From Mycobacteriales bacterium (GTDB lineage Bacteria > Actinomycetota > Actinomycetes > JAFAQI01): a stretch of 64,000 bases of DNA. The notes under the pieces were generated by a model, which saw only the letters and a program-made list of their open reading frames with translations, had not been told where the DNA came from and searched no databases. Positions 1 through 10,281 of this stretch are shown in pieces. The position numbers and the translations under genes are program-made. The stretch is taken from assembly GCA_035547035.1 (NCBI GenBank), contig DASZVL010000013.1, forward strand, positions 66,503 to 130,502, in the 5' to 3' direction. Within the stretch, counting starts at the first letter, position 1; each line of letters opens with the position of its first letter.

Positions 1-56
1 GGCACTCACCGGCCGCCGCCGCGCGACCGGCATCGGCACGGCCGTCGTGACGGCGG

Positions 57-575
57 TCACGACAGCACCAGCAGGCTCGACGTTGCGGTGGCGAGAAGCG
101 AGCCGGTGTCCGCCTGGACCAACCGGCCTTCTGCGGTCGCGGTACGGCGACCGAGGTGGACGACCGTTCCGGTGGCCAGCACGATGCCGGTGCGAACGCT
201 GACCGGCTTCAGGTAGCGGACCTGCAGGTCCAAGGTCGTGTATCCGGTGCCGCGCGGAAGCCGGCAGTGCACGGCGCACCCGATCGCGGTGTCGAGCAGC
301 GTGGCGGCGATCCCGCCGTGCACCGACCCGATCGGGTTGTAGTGCTCGAGGCGTGGCCGCATCGCGACCATCACCCGGCCCGGCTCGATCTCGGTGATAT
401 CGAAGCCGACCAGCTCGGCGATCGGCGGCGCCGGGAGCTCGCCGGACGCGATGTCGCGCAGGAAGGCGATCCCGTCGTGGTCGCGGGCGAGCCGGGCGAG
501 CCGATCCGCCGCATGCTCGACGACGCCGGCCCGAAGTTCCGGGTCGGTTGGCCGGGTGTCGATCGTTGTGGTCAT
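57..575 (-). CDS. PaaI-family hotdog-fold acyl-CoA thioesterase
   Basis: 172-aa ORF; hotdog thioesterase-like core (GSVHGGIAATLLDTAIG), typical size of the PaaI/4HBT family. Confidence 0.75.
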   Translation of the reverse strand: MTTTIDTRPTDPELRAGVVEHAADRLARLARDHDGIAFLRDIASGELPAPPIAELVGFDITEIEPGRVMVAMRPRLEHYNPIGSVHGGIAATLLDTAIGCAVHCRLPRGTGYTTLDLQVRYLKPVSVRTGIVLATGTVVHLGRRTATAEGRLVQADTGSLLATATSSLLVLS

Positions 576-674
576 CGAGCCCTCCGGTATGAGTCAGTTT
601 GGTTTTCCAACTGATTAGTCGACACCGTAGAGCACTAGGTTGGATTTGCCAACCCACTATGCGACACTGATTAT

Positions 675-1106
675 GTGACTCCGGCAACAGCACCTCGTGA
701 GTGCTCGGTCGCCGCAGCACTCGAGGTCATCGGTGAGAAGTGGTCGCTGCTCGTCGTACGCGAGCTGATCCTCGGCACCGACAAGTTCAACGACATCGCG
801 GCGAACACCGGAGCGCCGCGCGACATTCTCACGGCGAGACTGCGCCGGCTCGAGGAGCTGGGAGTGATCGAACGCGAGGAGTACTCGTCGCGGCCGCCTC
901 GCTACTCCTATGTGCTCACCAAGAAGGGCAGAGATCTGCGGCCCGTGGTGATGGCGCTGAAGCACTGGGGCGACACCCACGTGATGGGCCGCACGATGCC
1001 CCCGGTCTACGAGCACAGCTGCGGCGAGATCTTCACACCCGCGACGCACTGCGCGGCGTGCGGTGAGAAGGCAGGCGGCGCGACGCTCACCCGCATCAAC
1101 CCCTAG
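675..1106 (+). CDS. HxlR-family winged-helix transcriptional regulator
   Basis: N-terminal CSVAAALEVIGEKWSLLVVRELILG...FNDI...TARLRRLEELGVIERE is the HxlR/MarR-like wHTH signature; C-terminal Cys pairs (CGEIFTPATHCAACGEKAGG) suggest an appended Zn ribbon. Confidence 0.8.
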   Translation: MTPATAPRECSVAAALEVIGEKWSLLVVRELILGTDKFNDIAANTGAPRDILTARLRRLEELGVIEREEYSSRPPRYSYVLTKKGRDLRPVVMALKHWGDTHVMGRTMPPVYEHSCGEIFTPATHCAACGEKAGGATLTRINP

Positions 1107-1140
1107 CGGACTGTGATGCCTCAGGTTTTAAAGTGCACCA

Positions 1141-2562
1141 GTGCTGGACCTGCGCACCGTCGCCGATGACCTGCTGGTCCGCGATCCCGACCGGCCTGCA
1201 TTGGTCGAGGCCGATACCAGCTGGACGTACGGCGACTATGCGGCAGCAGTTCGCGCGGCCGCCTCGCATCTGCGGGCCGCTGGGGCCGGCGTTGGTGACA
1301 AGGTCTATGTCATCGCCGGGCCCGGCCGCCTCGCCCTCACCGCCGCATTCGCCGCGCTTCGACTCGGCGCGACGCCGGCGCTGATCAACCCGCGGCTGAC
1401 GGCCGACGAGGTCGCGACGCTCGTCGAGCTGGCCGGCCAGGGCACCGCGGTCATGGTCGAACCACAGCGCAAGGACCGCGCCAGCGGGCTGTCGATGCCG
1501 GTACTGGGCATGGAAGCCCTCGAGTCGACGGCCGGCGATGACTCCCCTGGCGACGGCCAGGCCGCCGACGGCTTGGTGCTGTTCACGAGCGGCACCACCG
1601 GACTGCCCAAGCCGGTGCCGGTGCCGTGGGACACGCTGACCGCACGCCTCGAGCCGTACGTCCAGGTCGCCGATCCCCAGATGCGGTTGCTGTGCGTTCC
1701 GCTGCATCACGTCGGCGGCCTGATCGGGTCGATGGTGTGCCTGCTCGGCGGCCATAGCCTCGCGATCCAGGGCCGGTTCGACGCAGGCGAGTGGCTTCGG
1801 CTGATCGAGAGGCACCGCGTCCAGCTGACCTTCATGGTCCCGACGATGCTGGCCCGCGTCGTCGATCACCCCGACCTCGCGACGACCGACCTGTCGAGTC
1901 TGAAGATGATCACCTACGGCGCCAGCCCGATGTCCGGTGAGCTGGTGGAGCGGCTGACAGCCGCGATGCCGCACGTCGGACTGGTCAACACGTTCGGGCA
2001 GACCGAGACGCTCGGTGGCATCACCTTCACCACACCTGAGGACGCGCACGACCCGGTACACCGTGCATCGGTCGGCCGGCTCGTTCCCGGTGTCGAGATC
2101 CGCATCGTCGACTCCAGCACCGACGACGAGCTGCCTGCCGGCGAGATCGGCGAGCTGCTCGTGAAGTCGTCGCAGAACGTGGTCGACGGCTGGCTGCGAA
2201 CCGGTGACCTCGTGCGCGTCGACGCCGACGGCTACCTGTATCCCAACGGCCGGCTGGCGGACACGATCAACCGCGGTGGAGAGAAGTTCGGCCCGGTCGA
2301 GGTCGAAGCTGCGTTGCGATCACATCCGCTGGTAGTCGACTGCGCCGTTGCCGGCATCCCCGACCCGGAGATGAACGAAAGAGTCGGCGCCGTCGTGGTG
2401 ACCAGTGAGCCGGTCGATGTGGCCACGCTCCAACAGTGGTGCACGGATCGGATCGCGAAGTACAAGACGCCGGAGCTCGTCGTGTTCGCCGCCGAGGTCC
2501 CGCTGACCGACATGAGCAAGGTCGACCGCAAAGCGGTGGTCCGCATGGTGACAGGGGGCTGA
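1141..2562 (+). CDS. AMP-dependent acyl-CoA synthetase/ligase
   Basis: AMP-binding motif LFTSGTTGLPKPV, TFGQTET and DGYLY core motifs, about 470 aa. Confidence 0.85.
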   Translation: MLDLRTVADDLLVRDPDRPALVEADTSWTYGDYAAAVRAAASHLRAAGAGVGDKVYVIAGPGRLALTAAFAALRLGATPALINPRLTADEVATLVELAGQGTAVMVEPQRKDRASGLSMPVLGMEALESTAGDDSPGDGQAADGLVLFTSGTTGLPKPVPVPWDTLTARLEPYVQVADPQMRLLCVPLHHVGGLIGSMVCLLGGHSLAIQGRFDAGEWLRLIERHRVQLTFMVPTMLARVVDHPDLATTDLSSLKMITYGASPMSGELVERLTAAMPHVGLVNTFGQTETLGGITFTTPEDAHDPVHRASVGRLVPGVEIRIVDSSTDDELPAGEIGELLVKSSQNVVDGWLRTGDLVRVDADGYLYPNGRLADTINRGGEKFGPVEVEAALRSHPLVVDCAVAGIPDPEMNERVGAVVVTSEPVDVATLQQWCTDRIAKYKTPELVVFAAEVPLTDMSKVDRKAVVRMVTGG

Positions 2563-2570
2563 CAGTCGTA

Positions 2571-3272
2571 ATGCTGTTCATCCACGAGGTGCACGAGGTA
2601 AGAGGCCGCGCCGAAGACGACTTCGAGGCGGCGCTCCGCGACGAGTGGATGCCGACGCTCGCCAAGGAGGACGACGCGCGGTTGCTGTGGTACCTGCACT
2701 GGATCCACGGCACGGGCCCGGCGTACAACATCGTGACCGTCACCGCCGTCCGCGATGGCGCCGCCTGGCACCGGCTCGCGGACCGGTTGCAGCGCGGCGA
2801 TCTGCGCGACTGGCAGACCGGTCTCGACGCGATGCGTCACGGTGTGACGTCGAACATCATGCTGCCCGTGCCGTGGTCACCGCTGCAGGAAGCCGACTTC
2901 GCGACCGTACCGACGACACCGCAGGACCACGATCCGGTCGTCTACATGGAGGACACCGGCTGGCCGCATGCCTCCCTCATCGACTACACGACGTTCTGGG
3001 AGACCGGCTACTACACGCCGATGGCAGCGCGGCCGAAGGACTCGCGGTTGCTCGACATCGAGCTGTGCTTCCAGCCGGCGTACGGCGCAGGCCGCCGCAA
3101 GGAGGCGGTGCTCTGGCAGAAGGTGCTCGACAACAACCTGCTCATGACGCTCATCACGAAAGACACGCCTGCTGAGCTGAAGCAGCCCGGCATGTTCATG
3201 CACGAGGCGCTGAACTACCGCGACACGTGGCGCAGCCGCCTGCTGCGCACCGCAAGCTGGTCGCCGCTATAG
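2571..3272 (+). CDS. hypothetical protein (two-lobed alpha+beta protein, unknown function)
   Basis: Six-frame ORF 2436..3272 trimmed to internal ATG at 2571, directly after the ligase stop; protein-like composition; no family recognised. Confidence 0.5.
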   Translation: MLFIHEVHEVRGRAEDDFEAALRDEWMPTLAKEDDARLLWYLHWIHGTGPAYNIVTVTAVRDGAAWHRLADRLQRGDLRDWQTGLDAMRHGVTSNIMLPVPWSPLQEADFATVPTTPQDHDPVVYMEDTGWPHASLIDYTTFWETGYYTPMAARPKDSRLLDIELCFQPAYGAGRRKEAVLWQKVLDNNLLMTLITKDTPAELKQPGMFMHEALNYRDTWRSRLLRTASWSPL

Positions 3273-4574
3273 CCGGACGACGAGCCTGTCGTATCCGCGC
3301 AGCGCCTGAAGGTCTCGACGGCGACCCGAGTCGGGTACGACGGTGAGATCGGGGAAACGCTCGAAGAGCAACCGAAGGCCGAGCTGTCCTTCCATCCGCG
3401 CGAGGTTCGCGCCGAGGCAGTAGTGGATGCCGGCACTCAAGGCCAAGTGGTCGCGCGAGTTGGGTCGATCGAGGTCGAAGACGGTCGGGTTGTCGAAGAC
3501 TGCAGGATCTCGGTTCGCGCCGCCGAGCAAGCACAGCAACGGCGTCCCCTTCGGGATCTCCACGCCGTCGATCTCGGTGTCGGCCACCGCGAGCCGGCCG
3601 GTCATCTGCACCGGGCTCTCGAGCCGCAGGAGCTCTTCGACCGCCTGCTCCCACAGCGGGGGCTCAGCGGCCAGGCGCGACCGTGCCTTGTCGTCGTCGG
3701 CGATGACGGCAACGCCGCTGCCGAGCAGGTTCACCGTCGTCTCGAATCCTGCGCCGAGCAGCAACATCGCGGTGGCGCGCAGCTCGAGGTCGTTGAGCCG
3801 GTCGGCCGGGTCGGCGTTGACGAGCTGGCTGAGGATGTCCTCGCCTGGCTTGCGCCGGAGGTCAGCGAAGTGGCCCGCGAACCACTCGTTCATCGCCTTG
3901 AGCGCGCGGTTGACATCGCGGTACTCACGATGCGTGAGACCGACATCGAGCACCGGCGCGGCCGCGTGACCCCACTGCAGGAACTGGTCGCGCATGTCCA
4001 CGGGCACGCCGAGGATCTCCGCGATGACCGCAACCGGCAGCAGGTTCGCGTACTCGCGGACGATGTCGACCTGGTTGCGTCCCGCGAGCCCGTCCAGCAG
4101 CTCGACCGCGCGCTCCTCGACTCGTTCGGTGACCTTCTGCAAGGCACGCGGCGTGAACGGCTTGGAGACCAGTCGCCGATAGCGCGTATGAGCCGGCGGG
4201 TCGACGCCGAGCAACGCGGGCGCCTCGACAACGCTGGCAATGTCCGGATCGGGCGGACGGAACATCCACCGGACAGCTCGCGGCGTCTCGGACGACTCAC
4301 CGAAGTTGACGCTGAACGACGTCGCGTCGCGCAACGCGCCCGAGATGATCGCGTAGTCGACCGTCGCGTTTGCAATCGCGCCGCTCTTCACGATCCGGCC
4401 GCGGGCACGGAGCTCCTCGTAGAGCGGATACGGATTTGCGCGAGCACCCGGCGCAAAGAGCATTCGTTCGAGCGGCATGCCCTTGTTGGCATAGCGCTTG
4501 CTCACCGTCCGCGCGCCCCAGTGCAGGACCAACCAGCGGGCCTCGCGTCGTACGGCGATCGCGGCGCGGCTCAT
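3267..4574 (-). CDS. cytochrome P450 monooxygenase
   Basis: Heme-binding loop HLALSAGIHYCLGANLARMEG (FxxGxHxCxG type), I-helix AGFETT and ExxR motifs, 435 aa. Confidence 0.9.
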   Translation of the reverse strand: MSRAAIAVRREARWLVLHWGARTVSKRYANKGMPLERMLFAPGARANPYPLYEELRARGRIVKSGAIANATVDYAIISGALRDATSFSVNFGESSETPRAVRWMFRPPDPDIASVVEAPALLGVDPPAHTRYRRLVSKPFTPRALQKVTERVEERAVELLDGLAGRNQVDIVREYANLLPVAVIAEILGVPVDMRDQFLQWGHAAAPVLDVGLTHREYRDVNRALKAMNEWFAGHFADLRRKPGEDILSQLVNADPADRLNDLELRATAMLLLGAGFETTVNLLGSGVAVIADDDKARSRLAAEPPLWEQAVEELLRLESPVQMTGRLAVADTEIDGVEIPKGTPLLCLLGGANRDPAVFDNPTVFDLDRPNSRDHLALSAGIHYCLGANLARMEGQLGLRLLFERFPDLTVVPDSGRRRDLQALRGYDRLVVRL

Positions 4575-4637
4575 GACCTGAGACTAGGAGGGCACGCAAC
4601 TCGGCGCCGCGGCTAGGTTCCTACACATGGAGATGGC

Positions 4638-5564
4638 ATGAAGCTGTTCGTCACCGGCGCCTCCGGCTGGATCGGCGCGCCGACAGTCCGCAAGCTGATC
4701 GCAGCCGGACATGAGGTCATCGGCCTGGCTCGCTCCGACGAAGCGGCGTCGACGGTCGAGACTCTCGGCGCGCAGGTGGCGCGAGGCACCCTTGACGACG
4801 TCGACGTGCTTCGCGACGAAGCCACGAGATCCGATGGCGTCATCCACCTTGGCTTCCGCCACGACGTTGCGTTCACCGGCGACTTCGCCGCTGCCGCTGA
4901 CACCGATCGCCGCGCCATCGAGACGTTCGGGGAAGCCCTCGCCGGCACGGACCGGCCACTCCTGATCGCGTCGGGAACGCTCGGCCTTGCACCCGGCCGG
5001 ACTGCCAGCGAGACGGACATGCCCGACCCGCATTCGAATCCGCGGAGCGCGAACGCGCACACAGCGCTGGCACTTGCCGAGCGCGGCGTGCGTTCGATCC
5101 TCGTACGGTTCGCACCAACCGTGCACGGGGCGGGAGACCACGGCTTCGTCGCGACCCTTGTCGACGTCGCCCGCGAAGCCGGCTTCTCGGCGTACGTCGG
5201 CGACGGCAGCAACCGCTGGCCTGCCGTACACCGCGACGACGCCGCCGAGCTCGTGTTCCGGGCGATCGAGAACGCACCTACGGGCGCCCTGCTGCATGCG
5301 ACGGCCGAAGCGGGAGTCGAGCTCCGAGCCGTCGCTGAGGCGATCGGGCGCCAGCTCGATGTCCCCACACGGTCGATCGCCGCGAGTGACGTCGGCGGCC
5401 ACTTCCGCTTCCTGAGCGCCCTGGTCGGCTTGGACGCGCCGGCGTCGAGTGCGCTCACTCGGAGCCTGCTGGACTGGCGCCCGAGCGGGCCCGGGCTGGT
5501 CGAGGACCTCGACGCCGGGAGCTACACACCGCCCGGTCCAGTTCAAGGTCTCCCGCGCCGATAG
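4638..5564 (+). CDS. SDR-family NAD(P)-dependent epimerase/dehydratase
   Basis: N-terminal Rossmann motif MKLFVTGASGWIGAPTVRKLIAAGHEV, 308 aa. Confidence 0.8.
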   Translation: MKLFVTGASGWIGAPTVRKLIAAGHEVIGLARSDEAASTVETLGAQVARGTLDDVDVLRDEATRSDGVIHLGFRHDVAFTGDFAAAADTDRRAIETFGEALAGTDRPLLIASGTLGLAPGRTASETDMPDPHSNPRSANAHTALALAERGVRSILVRFAPTVHGAGDHGFVATLVDVAREAGFSAYVGDGSNRWPAVHRDDAAELVFRAIENAPTGALLHATAEAGVELRAVAEAIGRQLDVPTRSIAASDVGGHFRFLSALVGLDAPASSALTRSLLDWRPSGPGLVEDLDAGSYTPPGPVQGLPRR

Positions 5565-5579
5565 TTCAGATACGGCCAT

Positions 5580-6740
5580 ATGTGGTCGAAAGGGGCGCGG
5601 ACCGTGGCGAAGCTGCACGTCATCGTGCTCGGCGCTGGGTTCGGGGGTCTCGAAGTCGCCGCCCGCCTTTCCGACGCGGCGCCCGACCGGGTCGACGTCA
5701 CGATCATCGATCAGAGCGACTGCTTCGTGTTCGGCTATTCGAAGCTCGACGTGATGTTCGGCATCACCCGCGAGACGTGGCGGACCTACTACCGCGACCT
5801 TGCCCGCCCCGCGGTGACGTTCCGCCAGGAACGCATCACGGCGATCGACCCGGTCGCCAAATCCGTCGAGACAACTGGCGGCAGCTACTCCGGTGACGTG
5901 ATCGTCGCGGCGCTCGGCGCAGAACTCGACGTCGCGGCTACGCCCGGGCTCACGGTCAACGACGAGTTCTACTCGGTCGCTGGCGCGGAGGGCTTCGTGG
6001 ACCGGATTCGTGACTTCAGAGCGGGCCACGCGGTCATCGCCGTCGCGAGCACGCCGTACAAGTGCCCGCCCGCACCGAGCGAGGTCGCGCTGATGCTCGA
6101 CCACGTGCTCAGGCAGCGCGGCAAGCGAGGCGACACGCAGATCACGATCGTCAATCCGCTGCCGTCGCCGGTCCCGCCGTCGCCCGACACCTCCGCCGCG
6201 TTGCTGTCGGCGTTTGACGAGCGCGGGATCACGTTCCGCGGAGCGACGCGTATGACGGAGGTCGCGGGCGACCGGAAGGTCCTCACGCTCGACGGCGGGG
6301 AGCAGCTCGGTTACGACCTGCTACTCGCGGTGCCGCGACACAAGGCGCCCGATGCGTTGTCCAGCCTCCCGGTCGGCGCCGACGGCTGGGTGCGCGTCGA
6401 TCCACACACGCTGCAGACCGACTACCCCGACGTCTACGCGATCGGGGACTGCGCTGACGTTCCGGTACCGCGTGCCGGCGCCTTCGCGGAGCGAGCAGCG
6501 GTCGTCGTCGCCGATCGCATCCTGGCGCAGTTCGACGGGCGACCGGTGGCACCGTTCGACGGGCACGGCTCCTGTTACATCGACTTCGGTGGTGGGCGGG
6601 TCGCGCGGGTCGATGTCACGTTCGGGTCCGCCGAAGGCCCGAAGGGCGGCTCGTTCAGCGAGCCGTCATTGACGATCGGCCGGGAGAAGGAAGAGTCCGG
6701 GCCGGGGCGGATCGCCCACTGGTTCGGCGGCAGCGGTTAG
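5580..6740 (+). CDS. FAD/NAD(P)-binding oxidoreductase (pyridine-nucleotide-disulfide or sulfide:quinone oxidoreductase-like)
   Basis: FAD dinucleotide-binding motif HVIVLGAGFGGLEVAARL, second Rossmann-like AIGDCADV; alternative GTG start near 5607. Confidence 0.7.
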   Translation: MWSKGARTVAKLHVIVLGAGFGGLEVAARLSDAAPDRVDVTIIDQSDCFVFGYSKLDVMFGITRETWRTYYRDLARPAVTFRQERITAIDPVAKSVETTGGSYSGDVIVAALGAELDVAATPGLTVNDEFYSVAGAEGFVDRIRDFRAGHAVIAVASTPYKCPPAPSEVALMLDHVLRQRGKRGDTQITIVNPLPSPVPPSPDTSAALLSAFDERGITFRGATRMTEVAGDRKVLTLDGGEQLGYDLLLAVPRHKAPDALSSLPVGADGWVRVDPHTLQTDYPDVYAIGDCADVPVPRAGAFAERAAVVVADRILAQFDGRPVAPFDGHGSCYIDFGGGRVARVDVTFGSAEGPKGGSFSEPSLTIGREKEESGPGRIAHWFGGSG

Positions 6741-7855
6741 CCGGCTGCAGCCAGCGGGCGGCTGGCGCCCCAGTACTCCTTGTCGAGGTAGGAGTGCCGC
6801 AGGCTGACGATCTCGACCCGCGCACCCGTGTACGGCGACTGCAGCACCCGGCCTCGTCCGGCGTAGATCGCGACGTGGTGGATGTCGCCGCGCCGGTTCG
6901 TGTGCGAGAAGAAGACGAGGTCACCCGGGCGTAGCTTCCCGCGCGGAATCGGTGCGCCGATCAGCGACTGGTCCGCCGCATCGCGCGGCAGGGTGATGCC
7001 GAGCTGGGAGTACACCGCAGAGGTCAGGCCGGAGCAGTCGTAACCCCAGGCGGTCATCCCTGCCCACAGGTACGGCAAGCCGAGGAACCGCTTCGCCTGC
7101 GCCAGCACCTGGTGAGCGCTGGGGCGGATCGCCGGTGTGCCTGGCCGGTGCACCTTCACCGCGCTCGGGGACAGGTATCCGCGGCCGGCCGCGCCGGGCA
7201 CCGCGACGACGACGCGATGCGGGCGAACGCTGAGCACCGGCAGCGACGTGGCGTAGCTGATGGTGAGCGCATGGGCCGTTCCGGCAACCGTGCTGTGTAG
7301 CGTCGCCCACTTGCTCGTGACCGTGGCAACGTTCGCGGCGGAGGCCCAACCGGCCGGCTCCGGGGCCAGCTGGCTCGAAGCGATCCAGCCGATGATGCCG
7401 TCAGGGAACCGGCCGCCGGTCTGGTCCGGGATCCGAATCCGAGTGAGCGAGCCCCGCGTGCCGAGTACGACGACGTCCTCGCCGTACTTGACCTGCGTTG
7501 CCAGGCGCTGGAAGAGGTGGCTGCGCTGGTAGAAGGTCATGCCTCGCAGCCACGCGGAGATGTGGGCGGGGCGCTGCAGCGCCGGCGCGTCGTACGGCCG
7601 CACCTTGTGACGGCCAGCCCACACCTCGGCGACCGAGACGGCGACGACCGCCGTCTGCTCAGGTGCGGGCGCCGTCGCGGTGGGCGTCGGCGACGGGCTG
7701 ACGGCGGGACCGGCAGCTGCGTCGCGGATCGAGATCAGCGCGCCTGTCGCCGCTGCGACCGGCGCGGAGGTCGGCGGGTTGACGGCGACGAACACGGCAG
7801 TCCCGGCGACCGCAGCCAGGGCAGCCGAAAGCGCGAGGAAGCGTGTCTGGGGCAC
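6737..7855 (-). CDS. secreted NlpC/P60-family peptidoglycan endopeptidase
   Basis: Signal peptide, Pro/Thr/Ala-rich linker, C-terminal catalytic motif PYLWAGMTAWGYDCSGLTSAVY ... GDLVFF...HHVAIY (Cys-His NlpC/P60). Confidence 0.8.
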   Translation of the reverse strand: MPQTRFLALSAALAAVAGTAVFVAVNPPTSAPVAAATGALISIRDAAAGPAVSPSPTPTATAPAPEQTAVVAVSVAEVWAGRHKVRPYDAPALQRPAHISAWLRGMTFYQRSHLFQRLATQVKYGEDVVVLGTRGSLTRIRIPDQTGGRFPDGIIGWIASSQLAPEPAGWASAANVATVTSKWATLHSTVAGTAHALTISYATSLPVLSVRPHRVVVAVPGAAGRGYLSPSAVKVHRPGTPAIRPSAHQVLAQAKRFLGLPYLWAGMTAWGYDCSGLTSAVYSQLGITLPRDAADQSLIGAPIPRGKLRPGDLVFFSHTNRRGDIHHVAIYAGRGRVLQSPYTGARVEIVSLRHSYLDKEYWGASRPLAAAG

Positions 7856-7926
7856 CCGAACAAGGTGCCATGAATATCCCGTTTCAGGACGGGTAGGTAG
7901 GTGACTCCTTTTTCAGCCTCGATGGG

Positions 7927-8691
7927 TCAGGTGCCCGGCCCGCCCAGGATGTTGACCGCACGCGCTGCGACCACGCCGATCGTCACGAGAGCGGATCCCG
8001 ACTGCAGCAACATCAACATCTTCGCCCAGCTCGACAACGGCATCGTGTCGGTCGGGCTGAACGCCGTGGAGTTGGTGAACGACAGGAACAGGTAGTCGAT
8101 GAACGTCGGCCGCCAGTTGGGCCACTTCTCGCGCAAGTCGTCGGTCTGCTGCGGAAACAGGAAGTCGGCGCGCCCCTCGCCAGAGAGCCGCTTGAACGGA
8201 CCCCCTTGGTCGAGCTCGAAGAACGCGAGCGCGAAGACGATCACGTTGGTCAGCCACACGACGACGGCGACCCGGATCAAATCCTGACCGGTGAGCGCCG
8301 CGGCTGCCTTGGCCTTGTGGCCGTTGAGCAGCAGGTCGACCATGCGCACGATGCCGACGATGTCGTTGAACGCGATCGCACCGAGCATGACCAGGCCGAG
8401 CGTCCGGATCAACGGCGACTCCCGCGTGATCCGGAACGGGTTGCTGATGATGAGCGCGATCAGCAGGGCGATCTGGAACGCGGGAAGCAGCCACCGCTCG
8501 TGAATGATCACGATCGACCTCGGCAGCAGTAGCTGCAGGGCGATCGCGGCGACCAGCGCGAGCGTCAGCGGGATCCGGTTCTCCCCGACCACCGTCCCGT
8601 AGATGAGGTTGGCGCCCTTGTCGACGCTCTTGACGGTCGCGTCGACGATCTCCGTCGGACGAAGCCATCGTCGCCAACCGCGCTCAGCCAC
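7927..8691 (-). CDS. DUF1345-like integral membrane protein
   Basis: 254-aa polytopic hydrophobic protein; pattern resembles the DUF1345 family. Confidence 0.55.
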   Translation of the reverse strand: MAERGWRRWLRPTEIVDATVKSVDKGANLIYGTVVGENRIPLTLALVAAIALQLLLPRSIVIIHERWLLPAFQIALLIALIISNPFRITRESPLIRTLGLVMLGAIAFNDIVGIVRMVDLLLNGHKAKAAAALTGQDLIRVAVVVWLTNVIVFALAFFELDQGGPFKRLSGEGRADFLFPQQTDDLREKWPNWRPTFIDYLFLSFTNSTAFSPTDTMPLSSWAKMLMLLQSGSALVTIGVVAARAVNILGGPGT

Positions 8692-8741
8692 AACCGCAGT
8701 GTCCCGGCGCGAACCGATCCGACTGCGACGACGCGCGGTGA

Positions 8742-10196
8742 TCAGTCGCCCAGGTAGAGGAAGCCGACCGCTTCGTCTCGGAAGGGCACGCCCGCTTCCT
8801 GCAGCGGTGCGGTCCAGTCGCCGAGGCAGTCGACATCAGCGCCTTCCGACCCGTGGTCGGAGGTCAGCACGAAGGTCGTCTGGTCGAGCATGCCCATACG
8901 ATCAAGGTGGTCGAGGAAGACGCCGAGCCGCGCATCCGCGTCGCGCATCGCGGCATGGGCGACATCGGAGTGTGGGCCGCCCTCGTGGTGACCGGTGTCG
9001 GTGAGCAGCACGTTCCACCACGTGAGCGCCGGCGCCTGCGACGGCGACGCCCACTGCTCGAGCATCTGCACCAGACCGGCCGCGTCGACTGACGACGACC
9101 ACGCGTAGTCCTTGATGCCGACGAAATCTTGCGTCGTGTGCGGGTCGACCGTCGGATCGGGCAGCAGCGAGTTCATGTCGGACGCACCCCCGGAAGAGCC
9201 GGACTCGCGGATCAACCGGAACGTCGAGTACGACGCCCCCGAGTCGGCCGGCTCGTTGATGCACGCCGTCGGGCCGTCCACCCGCTCGAACGCCGTACGA
9301 ACTCCCGGCGCGAGCCACTCAGACCAGCGGTGCCAGGTGCGCGCATCGTTGGTGAGCCGCTGCACCGCCTCCGAGCGGTCGTAGTAGGCGTTGTTGACGA
9401 TGCCGTGTCTGCCGGGGCCGACACCGGTCAGAGCGCAGGTGTGGTTCACGAGCGTGACGCTGGGGAACTCCGCGATCGCGCCGCCCTGGAACGCACAGCC
9501 CTGTGTGAGCAGTCGCGCCACCGAAGGCAGCTCGCCTGCCGCGGCCAGCGCGTAGAGCGAGTTCGAGTTGCAGCCGTCCCACAGCAGACCGACCACCGGA
9601 CCGGGAGTCGGGACGAGGACGTCGACCAGCGCCTGACCTTCCATGTCGGCGAGGCCTGCGAGCGGGACGCCCGCGAGCCAAGCGAGCGTCGGCGCGACGT
9701 CAGGCACTCGTGCAGCGAGCGGGAGCATCCCGCGCGCCGTCACGGAAGGACCCGACAGCAGCAACGGCGCGCGGGACTGTACGACGTTCAACGAGCCGTG
9801 CTCGCCGCAGTGACCGCCGCGCTCCGGCCAGAAGTGCCTGCCCGTGTGCACTACCGCGATGTCGGGCGCCGCCGGTGCGGCAAACAGCGACGCAAGACGG
9901 CGACCCGCCCACGGGTAGGAGTTGCGCACGTTGGGCGGGGACAGGTCCGCGACCTCCTCGACGAGGGTCGAGTAGGCCAGTGGGTCCTGCCAGGCGACCG
10001 GGTCTCGACCGTGGATCACCTCCGCGGGCGAGTCGGGTTCGCTGCGGGAAAGTCGCGACGAGCCGTCGGAGTTCGCGACGACGATGCCGTCGCCATCGAC
10101 GTAGGCGACGAGGTCGACGACCTCGGCAAGGGATGCGTCGCAGAGCACGCCGACAGCGACGTCCCGCATCGCCAGCAGATCGGCCGTCGCGGTCAC
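8742..10196 (-). CDS. alkaline-phosphatase superfamily enzyme (nucleotide pyrophosphatase/phosphodiesterase-like)
   Basis: 484 aa; metal-site-like motif VLTSDHGSEGAD near the C-terminus typical of type I phosphodiesterase/AlkP-core enzymes. Confidence 0.6.
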   Translation of the reverse strand: MTATADLLAMRDVAVGVLCDASLAEVVDLVAYVDGDGIVVANSDGSSRLSRSEPDSPAEVIHGRDPVAWQDPLAYSTLVEEVADLSPPNVRNSYPWAGRRLASLFAAPAAPDIAVVHTGRHFWPERGGHCGEHGSLNVVQSRAPLLLSGPSVTARGMLPLAARVPDVAPTLAWLAGVPLAGLADMEGQALVDVLVPTPGPVVGLLWDGCNSNSLYALAAAGELPSVARLLTQGCAFQGGAIAEFPSVTLVNHTCALTGVGPGRHGIVNNAYYDRSEAVQRLTNDARTWHRWSEWLAPGVRTAFERVDGPTACINEPADSGASYSTFRLIRESGSSGGASDMNSLLPDPTVDPHTTQDFVGIKDYAWSSSVDAAGLVQMLEQWASPSQAPALTWWNVLLTDTGHHEGGPHSDVAHAAMRDADARLGVFLDHLDRMGMLDQTTFVLTSDHGSEGADVDCLGDWTAPLQEAGVPFRDEAVGFLYLGD

Positions 10197-10281
10197 ACGA
10201 CAAACCTAACGACGTCGAACCTGGCGGGCCGAGTGGGCGACCGTCCTTGTCGATCTTCGAAGGCCGGTGAATCCTCGATGA

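Noticed and set aside
3423-4616. 397-aa plus-strand ORF overlapping the cytochrome P450 gene
   Set aside because: No motifs and antisense composition; the P450 on the minus strand has the diagnostic heme loop.
4584-6104. 506-aa minus-strand ORF across the SDR and FAD-oxidoreductase genes
   Set aside because: Antisense artefact; both plus-strand genes carry Rossmann/FAD signatures.
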